Origin: Bacilli bacterium
Lineage (GTDB): Bacteria > Bacillota_I > Bacilli_A > RFN20 > CAG-826
Assembly (NCBI GenBank): GCA_024408655.1
Contig: JAKSUV010000005.1
Coordinates: forward strand, 2,730 to 66,729
Length of the DNA stretch: 64,000 nt
Direction of reading: 5' to 3'
A program made the position numbers and the translations under genes. Below the pieces are notes generated by a model that saw only the letters and a program-made list of their open reading frames with translations, did not search any database and was not told the DNA's origin. Of this stretch, positions 9,103 to 17,183 are shown piece after piece. Each line of letters opens with the position of its first letter. Position 1 is the stretch's first letter.

Positions 9103-10137
9103 TTACTTGCTCTCCTTTTTCGCTTCTTCTTTCTTTTCTATTGGTGCGGCTTTCTTAGTTTCGCTACTTGCGACAACTTTGTTATCATCAAGCCGATGTT
9201 TAAAGGATTCCTTTAAAAGGTGTTCTTGTCTCATCTTCTCGTAACGTTCTTGTCTTTCTCTCCGAGCGGCCCGAATGAGCGCTAATTTTTCCGCCGCTTC
9301 TTTATCAGCGATTCGAATCGCATCTTTCATGGTGACTTCTTCGCCTTCGTCTTTCGTGTAGGCGACCATGGTCACACCACCTTTAGCTTCAACAATCGCA
9401 TCAGCGATCACACTTAAAATGAGTTTCACGGATTTCGCCGCGTCATCATTCGCCGGGATTGGATAAGTAATACCATCAGGATCAGTATTCGTATCAACGA
9501 TACCAAAAATCTTAATACCTAATTTCTTCGCTTCGCGAACCGCGTTAGCTTCTTCAGTTGGATCCGAGATAAAGATGGCTTGGGGAATCCGACGCATTTC
9601 TTTAATGCCTTCGAGGTTCTTCGAAAGCTTTTCTTTTTCTTTCTTAAATTCCGCTTGTTCTTTTTTACTTAGTTTAGCGATTGTACCATCTTCTTCTTTC
9701 CGCTCTAAATCTTTAAGATAACGAATGCGGTTTTGGATGGTCCGGAAGTTCGTTAAAGTTCCACCTAACCAACGGTTAGTGATATAGAAAGAACCGCTTC
9801 TTAAAGCTTCTTCAACAATATTTTCTTCGATTTGTTCTTTCGTACCAACGAAGAGGACTTTACCACCTTCGCGCACGATGTCACGCATCGCAATATACGC
9901 TTCAATGACTTTTTCGACGGTTTTATTTAAGTCGATAATGTAGATGCCGTTTCTCGCGCCATAGATGTACTTCGACATCTTGGGGTTCCATTTTCTTGTC
10001 GTGTGTCCGTAGTGGCATCCCGCTTCAAGACACTTCTTCATCGTGATAATCGGTAAACTTGTATCGTGTTCCACGACGACAGCTGATTCTTCAGCCGGTT
10101 GTTCGGTGACAACCTTTTCTTCTTTGTTTTCGCTCAT
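9103..10137 (-). CDS. rpsB: 30S ribosomal protein S2 (with acidic N-terminal and K/E-rich C-terminal extensions)
   Basis: S2 core [18 protein letters not shown]; a strong SD (AAGGAGG) precedes ATG 10137. At 344 aa it exceeds the ~250 aa usual for S2. Confidence 0.95.
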   Translation of the reverse strand: MSENKEEKVVTEQPAEESAVVVEHDTSLPIITMKKCLEAGCHYGHTTRKWNPKMSKYIYGARNGIYIIDLNKTVEKVIEAYIAMRDIVREGGKVLFVGTKEQIEENIVEEALRSGSFYITNRWLGGTLTNFRTIQNRIRYLKDLERKEEDGTIAKLSKKEQAEFKKEKEKLSKNLEGIKEMRRIPQAIFISDPTEEANAVREAKKLGIKIFGIVDTNTDPDGITYPIPANDDAAKSVKLILSVIADAIVEAKGGVTMVAYTKDEGEEVTMKDAIRIADKEAAEKLALIRAARRERQERYEKMRQEHLLKESFKHRLDDNKVVASSETKKAAPIEKKEEAKKESK

Positions 10138-10256
10138 AAAGAGCCTCCTTATTTGTTAAGCCTCCACCGTTTCGAACAATCACCCTACTACAAAGTAGTA
10201 GACTCGGCACTGAATCCGCGGTGTGTGTATTCTCTATGTTGATAGAGTCGGGTTAT

Positions 10257-10265
10257 ATTATAGCA
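10257..10265 (-). promoter_or_regulatory. Putative extended -10 promoter (TGcTATAAT) for rpsB-tsf
   Basis: The minus strand reads TGCTATAAT about 120 nt upstream of the rpsB ATG. No good -35 element is present. Confidence 0.4.
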
Positions 10266-10274
10266 TGAATGAAA

Positions 10275-11189
10275 TTAGCTGCTCGACTTTTTTGCGCGGG
10301 GATGAGCTTTTAAATAATCTTCTCTTACACTTTCGTCAGTAACATGTGTATAAATACTTGTCGTGTTAATGTTCACGTGTCCTAGTAACTCTTGGATGAG
10401 ACGAAGATCTGCTCCACCTTCTAAAAGGTGTGTGGCAAAACTATGACGAAATACATGTGGGTGTAATGCGAAAGGTAAAGCGCACTTGGCCTCCACTTGC
10501 TTCAAAATATATTCAAGTCCCCGGCGTGTTAACTTATGACCATTCGCGTTTAAGAATAAATGTTTCTCGGTAGCGCCTTGAATATTTTTACTAAGCAAAG
10601 TTGGACGAATGTCTTTAACGTAGGCTATAAGCGCGCGTTGGGCGCTAGGGGAAAAAGGAACCATCCGCTCTTTTCGTTCCTTACCAAAAACCCGCACCAC
10701 TCGGTTACGATAATCTACGCTTGAAATTAATAAATTCACGAGCTCTGAGGCACGAAGGCCACTCGCATAAAGTAATTCTAAGATCGCTTGGTCACGGGGC
10801 GCTAACGCGTCGTTTCGCTTACTGTTTGCTTCAAGTAAAGTCTTTACTTGTTCCTTAAATAAGACCTCGGGTAACTTCTTCTCTTTTTTGGGCGTGGTAA
10901 TCGTGTCGAATGGATTACGGGTAATCTTTTTATTAGTAAATAAATAGGTATAGAAATGACGGAGTGAAGCGACCCGTCGTTGACACGATGAACGCTTAAT
11001 ATTATTCATGAGTTCGGTCGTTAAAAAGTCACGAATCACATCGGTGTTTACTTCTTCAAGTAAAACGCCCTCATGGTTAATGAAGGCGTAAAACTTTTCA
11101 ATGTCGTAGGTATAAGAGGCGATGGTGTCATCGCTATAGTTACGTTGATATTTAAGATAATTTAAAAATTGGCTAAGTTCCTGTGTCAT
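10275..11189 (-). CDS. Tyrosine recombinase XerC/XerD family
   Basis: Catalytic pattern GLRASEL (R), HVFRHSFATHL (HxxR) and LGHVNINTTSIYTHV (H..Y). There is a 4-nt overlap with topA, the same position as Bacillus codV. Confidence 0.85.
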   Translation of the reverse strand: MTQELSQFLNYLKYQRNYSDDTIASYTYDIEKFYAFINHEGVLLEEVNTDVIRDFLTTELMNNIKRSSCQRRVASLRHFYTYLFTNKKITRNPFDTITTPKKEKKLPEVLFKEQVKTLLEANSKRNDALAPRDQAILELLYASGLRASELVNLLISSVDYRNRVVRVFGKERKERMVPFSPSAQRALIAYVKDIRPTLLSKNIQGATEKHLFLNANGHKLTRRGLEYILKQVEAKCALPFALHPHVFRHSFATHLLEGGADLRLIQELLGHVNINTTSIYTHVTDESVREDYLKAHPRAKKSSS

Positions 11190-13297
11190 TCTTTCTTACT
11201 TGGATCATACTCTTCGATATGACGACACTTCGGGAAATTAGTGCAGCCTAAGAAGAAACCTGGTTGTTTTTTTACCTTGTTCCAACCTTTCCGCACGACA
11301 AGATTACCATCTTTACACGCTGGACACTTTTTAATAATTTCGAGTTTCTTGGGTTGTTCTTGTTTACCTTCGATATAGCGACACTTTGGGAAATTAGTGC
11401 AAGCAATAAAGACTTTGCCTTTCTTGTTCGTCCGTTTAATTAATTGCGCGCCACACTTTGGGCACTTCTTATCTAAAAGCTCTTCACTCGCTTTGGGTTC
11501 TTTCTTTTTATAGTCACAATCAGGATAACGGGAACAACCGGTAAAGGAACCATACTTCCCTTTGACGCGTACTAAAGGTGCACCACACTTGGGGCAATTA
11601 CCAAGCGCTTCTTTCATCGCTTCATCAACTTTTTCCATAAAGTCTTTGTAATAATCCTTTAAGGTTTCGGTCCGGCCTGAGGCACCCGCTTGAATCTTAT
11701 CGAGTTTATCTTCCATTTCGCTTGTAAAATGGGCGTCCACAAATTTAGTAAATTTCTTCTCGAGGAACTCCACCGCTTTTTCACCGTTCTTCGTCGGGAC
11801 AATCGCACCTTTTTCTTTCACAACATAAGTACGGTTTTGTAAAGTCGAAATCGTGGATGAATAAGTGGATGGACGACCAATACCTTTGTCTTCCATAAGT
11901 TTAATAATCTTGGCTTCACTATAGTGAGGAGGTGGCGTGGTGCTCTTCTTTTCGCTCACTAAGTCCACCACTTTTAAACTCGCCCCTTCTACTGGTACAA
12001 AGCCTAAGTCTTTATGTTCACCTGGACCCGTTAAGACTTCATAACCAGGATAAATGGTTTTGTTACCACTTACTTTGTAACTTACTTGATCGTTACCAAT
12101 AATCACGTTCGTGGTTTCTTCTTTTTTACTGCTCATTAAGAAGGATAAGGTCCGATTATAAATTAGTTCATAAATCTTAAAGTGCGCATTCGTGAACTTC
12201 TTATTTTGTTTTAAGACGACCCGTAAACTCGCAGGTGTTCGGTGGTTACTGGTTGGACGGATGGCTTCGTGTCCGCTATTAGCGGTATCTTCGCCTTCGT
12301 CTTTTAATTGTTCCATATGGCCAAGATAATCCGCACCAAAACGTTTTTGAATATACTCTTTAGCGCGAGTCACGTAAGTATCACTTAAGTGGGTGGAGAC
12401 AGTTCTAATATAGGTAATTAAACCAGTATGCTCACCGTTTACATTAATACCTTCGTATAAGTCTTGTAAGATGTGGGAAACCTTTGACGCACTTAAACCA
12501 AATCGCGAAATGGCTTCTTGTTGTAAAGTCGAAGTTTTAAATGGTAGTTTTGGATTAATCGTCCGCACGCTTTTTTCAATCCGCAGAATTTTTAATTCTT
12601 GTCCGGTCGCTGCGCTCACCTCATCGACGTCGTGTTGGCTCGCGAGCTTCGTGATTTCCTTATCCTTATATTTATATATAGGCGCTTCAATCGTGTGTTC
12701 GCCATCGTTTAGTTTAGCGACAAGGGTCCAATATTCTTCCGGAACAAATTTCCGAATTTCGCGTTCATGATCAACGATAAGTTTTAAAGTCGCACTTTGG
12801 ACACGACCACCACTCCGTAAGTTATTTTTACGTTGCAAAACGTCACTAAGTTTAAAGCCCACAATCCGGTCTAAAATCCGGCGCGCTTCTTGACTCGCGA
12901 CTAATTTTAAATCAATTTGGCGCGGGTTCTCAATCGCGTGTTGAATGGCTTCTTTAGTAATTTCGTGGAATTCTAAGCGCTTGTTATTCGCGGGTAACTT
13001 TAAGACTTCCGCTAAATGCCAGGCAATCGCTTCACCTTCGCGGTCTGGGTCGGTCGCCAGAATTACTTCGTCGGCTTTCTTCGCGTCCGCTTTTAAATCG
13101 TTCACAATCCGCTTCTTATCGCGCAAGATAATATAGGTAGGAGCAAAGTCGTGCTCACAATCCACGCCTAATCCGCCTTTACCCGATGTGGCTAAATCGC
13201 GGATGTGCCCTTTGGTCGCGACTACCTTATAGTCACTCCCCAGGTACTTCTGGATTGTTTGACACTTATTTGGAGACTCAACAATTACGACTTTCAT
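11186..13297 (-). CDS. topA: DNA topoisomerase I
   Basis: TOPRIM N-terminus MKVVIVESPNK and several C-terminal Zn ribbons (CPKCGA..). I prefer the start at MKVV (13297) over the track's 13306. Confidence 0.95.
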   Translation of the reverse strand: MKVVIVESPNKCQTIQKYLGSDYKVVATKGHIRDLATSGKGGLGVDCEHDFAPTYIILRDKKRIVNDLKADAKKADEVILATDPDREGEAIAWHLAEVLKLPANNKRLEFHEITKEAIQHAIENPRQIDLKLVASQEARRILDRIVGFKLSDVLQRKNNLRSGGRVQSATLKLIVDHEREIRKFVPEEYWTLVAKLNDGEHTIEAPIYKYKDKEITKLASQHDVDEVSAATGQELKILRIEKSVRTINPKLPFKTSTLQQEAISRFGLSASKVSHILQDLYEGINVNGEHTGLITYIRTVSTHLSDTYVTRAKEYIQKRFGADYLGHMEQLKDEGEDTANSGHEAIRPTSNHRTPASLRVVLKQNKKFTNAHFKIYELIYNRTLSFLMSSKKEETTNVIIGNDQVSYKVSGNKTIYPGYEVLTGPGEHKDLGFVPVEGASLKVVDLVSEKKSTTPPPHYSEAKIIKLMEDKGIGRPSTYSSTISTLQNRTYVVKEKGAIVPTKNGEKAVEFLEKKFTKFVDAHFTSEMEDKLDKIQAGASGRTETLKDYYKDFMEKVDEAMKEALGNCPKCGAPLVRVKGKYGSFTGCSRYPDCDYKKKEPKASEELLDKKCPKCGAQLIKRTNKKGKVFIACTNFPKCRYIEGKQEQPKKLEIIKKCPACKDGNLVVRKGWNKVKKQPGFFLGCTNFPKCRHIEEYDPSKKE

Positions 13298-13414
13298 AAT
13301 AATCAATGCACCAAATGCAATGTATCTAAATATAGAGAGTTAATTTCCAACTGTCAACCCTAAAACACCCCAACGCTTTCCTTAAAGAATATATCTTTAA
13401 AATAATTACTTTTT

Positions 13415-14182
13415 TTATTTCATTAAGTACAAAACGTCATCCGCCGTCTCCACTAAGGCCGCTCCGTCTTGAATGAGTTTGTTACAACTACTCGCTTGAT
13501 CGGCTTCATAAGGGACTGCCATCACGTCTTTTCCTTGCTTTAAGGCGTATAAAACGGTGATATTGGTCCCACTATTTTTATACGCTTCGGTGACTAAAAG
13601 CTTATCACTAAAGCCCGCGACAAGCCGATTTCGTAAAGGAAAATAGCTTGGTTCTGGCTTGGTCTCACCTGGATATTCACTAATTAATAAATGATTTTTC
13701 TTAATCGCGGCAAAAAGTTCAGCGTTCTCGCGAGGATAAATCACATCGATCCCACAACCAAGCACCGCGATCGTTTTGCCTTTCGCGTCAATCGTAGCTT
13801 GGTGCGCAACCGCATCAATTCCCCGGGCAAGCCCACTTACGATGATGACGCTTTTAGCGACTTCGCTCACAATGCTCTTGGTCATCCGGCGACCATAAAG
13901 ACTACAATCGCGACTCCCGACGACAGCTAAACGGGGGGTGGCGCTAGTAAGTAATGAGATATCACCATAATAATATAAAACGAATGGTGGCGTTGGAATC
14001 CGCTTTAAACTTTCCGGGTATTCCTTATCAATAATTGTTAAGGTGTGACACTTAATTTGTTTAACCGCTTCCTTCACCGCTTCTTCTTCCACGGTTTCGC
14101 GTTTTGTAATCGCTTGGTAAATCTTATCGTAGTTACCCGCATACTTAAGGCTTAAGTATAATAATAAATTTCGTCCGTCCAT
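13415..14182 (-). CDS. dprA: DNA processing protein DprA (short form)
   Basis: Rossmann-like core AVVGSRDCSLYG..GLARGIDAVAHQ; synteny with topA. Confidence 0.85.
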   Translation of the reverse strand: MDGRNLLLYLSLKYAGNYDKIYQAITKRETVEEEAVKEAVKQIKCHTLTIIDKEYPESLKRIPTPPFVLYYYGDISLLTSATPRLAVVGSRDCSLYGRRMTKSIVSEVAKSVIIVSGLARGIDAVAHQATIDAKGKTIAVLGCGIDVIYPRENAELFAAIKKNHLLISEYPGETKPEPSYFPLRNRLVAGFSDKLLVTEAYKNSGTNITVLYALKQGKDVMAVPYEADQASSCNKLIQDGAALVETADDVLYLMK

Positions 14183-14287
14183 TTTTTCTCCTTTTTTCGG
14201 CTTCTATGGCCGCTAATAATAAATAGAGAAAAAGCGGGGTGATTGACGCGAATTTTTTTCTATATTTATTCTAAATATAAAAATTCA

Positions 14288-14914
14288 CTAACAATTAAAT
14301 AAATCGAGTTGTTCATAGCCAAGATTTTTTACTGGCTTATAAGAAAAACGGTAAATCCCTTTAATCGGTCCATATTGTTTTAAAAGTTTTAGATGTAAAG
14401 GAGTTGGATAACCTTTATGAACTTTAAATTGGTATTGCGGATATTCTTTATCAAGTTTTTCCATGTAAGCGTCACGCGCGGTCTTAGCTAAAATAGAGGC
14501 TGCGGCGACCGCTAAAACTTTCGCGTCCGCTTTAATAAGCGGAATCACGCGACACTTCTCGTGATATAACTCCATCGCATCTGAGATCACTAAATCATAT
14601 TTTACTTTTAATTTATGTAGCGCTTGTTCCATCGCTAATCGCGAAGCTTCTAAGATATTAATCTTGTCAATCGTTATGGCGTCAATAAAGATAATCGCGT
14701 AGGCTAAAGCGTCACGCTTAATGACCTCCGCTAAAGTTTCGCGCGTCTTCGCGCTTAACTTCTTCGAATCATTAATTTCTTCGTTTTGATAGTCACGCGG
14801 AAAGATCACTGCAGCGGCGACTACCGGACCTGCAATTGGTCCCCGTCCGGCTTCATCACATCCCGCAATTAATTTAACTTTTTGATTATAAAAACGCTTT
14901 TCGTAATCTAACAT
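14288..14914 (-). CDS. rnhB: Ribonuclease HII
   Basis: GCDEAGRGPIAGPVV and DSKKLS motifs. Confidence 0.95.
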   Translation of the reverse strand: MLDYEKRFYNQKVKLIAGCDEAGRGPIAGPVVAAAVIFPRDYQNEEINDSKKLSAKTRETLAEVIKRDALAYAIIFIDAITIDKINILEASRLAMEQALHKLKVKYDLVISDAMELYHEKCRVIPLIKADAKVLAVAAASILAKTARDAYMEKLDKEYPQYQFKVHKGYPTPLHLKLLKQYGPIKGIYRFSYKPVKNLGYEQLDLFNC

Positions 14915-14916
14915 AT

Positions 14917-15723
14917 TTAAGCAAAATAGATGCGCCCAATCTTACCATCGCGAATCTCTTTTAAAAAGAGTGAACGCGCCGCTTCATGATGAATGGTCTT
15001 ATCGTTTTTAATGCCGCGTTTATTAGCAATCAGAGCAAACGCCTCGTTACTATCCTTTTTAATCTCGCCATAGCGTTTCTTAAATAATAAAGGGTAGTGT
15101 TTAGCAATATAGCTATAAGCGTAGTCGCTTAATTTAATCACTGGGAGAAGTTCAATCTTCACTGCGCCAATGAGGGCTAAAACATAATTATCTTGGTCGT
15201 AATTACTCGGAAGAATACCAGGTGTATCTAAGAGATAAAAATCGTTATTTACATTCACCCACCGTTGGTTTTTGGTAAGACCTGGTTTATTTTCGACCTT
15301 CGTAATTTTCTTTTTCACTAACGCGTTAATTAGCGAAGACTTACCAATGTTAGGAATTCCCACAATCATCGCTTTCGGTGGTAATGGTTTTATTCCCCGT
15401 TTCATTTGTTTCTCGGCTTTGGCGCGATAAGCGTCGGTAATTTTTTTCGTTAATTGTTTAAGACTATGTGGGTCCTTAATTGACACGAAAATCCCGTTTG
15501 TGGGTAACTTCACCGCGCTTAAATCCGCTAGATCGCTTTTCATATAAACTTTGACACTTGGTTTATCGTGAATAATTTTTTGGAAAAAGGGATTACTCGT
15601 TTGAATGGGCGCTCGAGCATCCACTAACTCAATAACCACATCAACTAGTTTTAAAGCCTCTAACATCTTGTTAGCGGCCTTTTTCATATGGCCCGGATAC
15701 CAATGGATAATGGAAGTAGCCAT
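14917..15723 (-). CDS. rbgA: Ribosome biogenesis GTPase A (YlqF/RbgA)
   Basis: Circularly permuted GTPase with WYPGHM at the N-terminus and GIPNIGKSSLIN; rnhB synteny. Confidence 0.9.
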   Translation of the reverse strand: MATSIIHWYPGHMKKAANKMLEALKLVDVVIELVDARAPIQTSNPFFQKIIHDKPSVKVYMKSDLADLSAVKLPTNGIFVSIKDPHSLKQLTKKITDAYRAKAEKQMKRGIKPLPPKAMIVGIPNIGKSSLINALVKKKITKVENKPGLTKNQRWVNVNNDFYLLDTPGILPSNYDQDNYVLALIGAVKIELLPVIKLSDYAYSYIAKHYPLLFKKRYGEIKKDSNEAFALIANKRGIKNDKTIHHEAARSLFLKEIRDGKIGRIYFA

Positions 15724-15725
15724 AT

Positions 15726-16577
15726 TTACATAAAGCGATAAACTTTATCGGTTCCTTCTTCCACCACTTTAAGGACACCCTTAATCGGTGTTAATAAAGC
15801 GTCGGTGACAATTGTGTAAGGAATATGACACATCGTTTCAAAGCCACTCTTTAGTAAGTCCCAGGCCCGGGAAACCCCACCACCGAAAATAATTTGGTTA
15901 AAATGATCCTCTTGTTGTTTCTTGTTAAGCATTTCCGCTAACTCCATCCCAACAAAGGTAAAGATATTAGCGATTTTTTGATCACCCTTATGAGCGAGGT
16001 CAGCCATCTCCGCCACGTTTTTAATTTGGGGATAGCCAACGTTATGGGCAAATTTAACTAACGCGGTCGCCGAGACATAGTCTTCGTTAATGCTATCGCG
16101 ATATTTGATGTTATAGATTTCGGTATAGGGAAGTTGGCTTTTGTTTACTACGACTCGGCCATGGTCCGCTAGCGTATAACCTAGACCAGTACCAATGGTG
16201 ACACAACACACTAAATCATTATTAAATTCGGGGTGGTCTGATAGAACCCCTAGCATAAAAGAAACCGCATCGTGCACAAAAACGATTTTCGCTTCGGGAT
16301 GAATTTTACCGAGTAACGCTTTTAAATCGACTTGGTAAAGCGAAAGAAGTTTATGTTGCATTTGGCTAATCCCGTTATAGTAGTCAAATGGTCCGGGAAT
16401 TGAAAAACCGATGGCCTCTAGTTTTGGATATTTTTTGATAAATTCCACTAACGCACCAGGCATATCTTCTTTTCCTAATGCATCAACAACCGAAAATTGA
16501 CCAGTTGTAAATTGTTGGTTTTCGTATAAGGCGTATTTTACGTAAGTACCGCCGACATCAAATAATAATTTAGCCAT
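15726..16577 (-). CDS. ROK-family sugar kinase/regulator-like protein
   Basis: DVGGTYVKYAL phosphate-1 motif, with GTGLG and GGGVS regions. Confidence 0.65.
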   Translation of the reverse strand: MAKLLFDVGGTYVKYALYENQQFTTGQFSVVDALGKEDMPGALVEFIKKYPKLEAIGFSIPGPFDYYNGISQMQHKLLSLYQVDLKALLGKIHPEAKIVFVHDAVSFMLGVLSDHPEFNNDLVCCVTIGTGLGYTLADHGRVVVNKSQLPYTEIYNIKYRDSINEDYVSATALVKFAHNVGYPQIKNVAEMADLAHKGDQKIANIFTFVGMELAEMLNKKQQEDHFNQIIFGGGVSRAWDLLKSGFETMCHIPYTIVTDALLTPIKGVLKVVEEGTDKVYRFM

Positions 16578-16596
16578 AAATCCTAATGTTATTATA

Positions 16597-16624
16597 ACAA
16601 AAAAAGAGGCCGCTTGGCCTCTTA
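16597..16624 (-). terminator. Rho-independent terminator after rplS
   Basis: On the minus strand, AAGAGGCC-aagc-GGCCTCTT is followed by T7. Confidence 0.8.
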
Positions 16625-16639
16625 ATTATTGCTATGAAA

Positions 16640-16990
16640 TTAAAGTTCTTCTTTAATTCGAGCACTTTTTCCAGCGCGCTTCCGGAAGTAAGTAATTTTG
16701 TTCCGCCGCACTTTACCTTTTTTCACCACTTCGATTTTGGCCACCACGGGTGAATGAAGTGGGAACGTTCTTTCGACGCCCACGCCACTTGAGATCTTCC
16801 GCACGGTAAAGGTGCTACTTACGCCAGAGCCACGACGTTGCATGACGACGCCTTGGAAAACTTGAATCCGAGATTTATTATTTTCAGTAATCTTCACTGA
16901 AACTTTCACCGTATCACCACTCCGAAAATCAGGAATATTGGACTTAAGTTGCCGATTCGCGATTTCGTTAACGAGACTGGTATTCTTCAT
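16640..16990 (-). CDS. rplS: 50S ribosomal protein L19
   Basis: Typical L19 sequence (FRSGDTVKV.., ERTFPLHSP). Confidence 0.95.
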   Translation of the reverse strand: MKNTSLVNEIANRQLKSNIPDFRSGDTVKVSVKITENNKSRIQVFQGVVMQRRGSGVSSTFTVRKISSGVGVERTFPLHSPVVAKIEVVKKGKVRRNKITYFRKRAGKSARIKEEL

Positions 16991-17085
16991 GTTTCTTCCT
17001 CCTTTTAGTCATTCTTTTTCACTTCGTGTTCATACCGAGACTTTGGTAGCGGACCACGCGTTACATGATTAAATCATGCTTAGTT

Positions 17086-17114
17086 ATATTACTCTAGTCA
17101 ACAAGAAAGTTCAA
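17086..17114 (-). promoter_or_regulatory. Putative sigma-A promoter for rplS (TTGAAC-17 nt-TAATAT)
   Basis: The hexamers were read on the minus strand. An ~88-nt structured leader follows. Confidence 0.4.
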
Positions 17115-17183
17115 CAAAACTTTCTAGCATTTACTGTGTTATAAAAGACACATTCTTCCCGAAAAGTTTATTGTCATTATCTA

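Noticed and set aside
10275-11189. Tyrosine recombinase as a marker of an integrated prophage or ICE
   Set aside because: It is a full XerC/D-type protein overlapping topA in the conserved topA-xerC context. There are no flanking att-like repeats or phage genes.
888-15000. Plus-strand ORFs antisense to housekeeping genes (888-1121, 2147-2338, 5566-5775, 6969-7196, 8540-8761, 8817-9158, 12471-12770, 12945-13136, 13691-13930)
   Set aside because: Each overlaps a minus-strand gene with unambiguous family motifs, and none has recognisable motifs or an SD.
17104-17125. 8-bp hairpin AGAAAGTT-N6-AACTTTCT as terminator of the surface-protein operon
   Set aside because: There is no U-tract after the stem on the minus strand, and it overlaps the predicted rplS -35 element. 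It may still attenuate, but I cannot support calling it a terminator.
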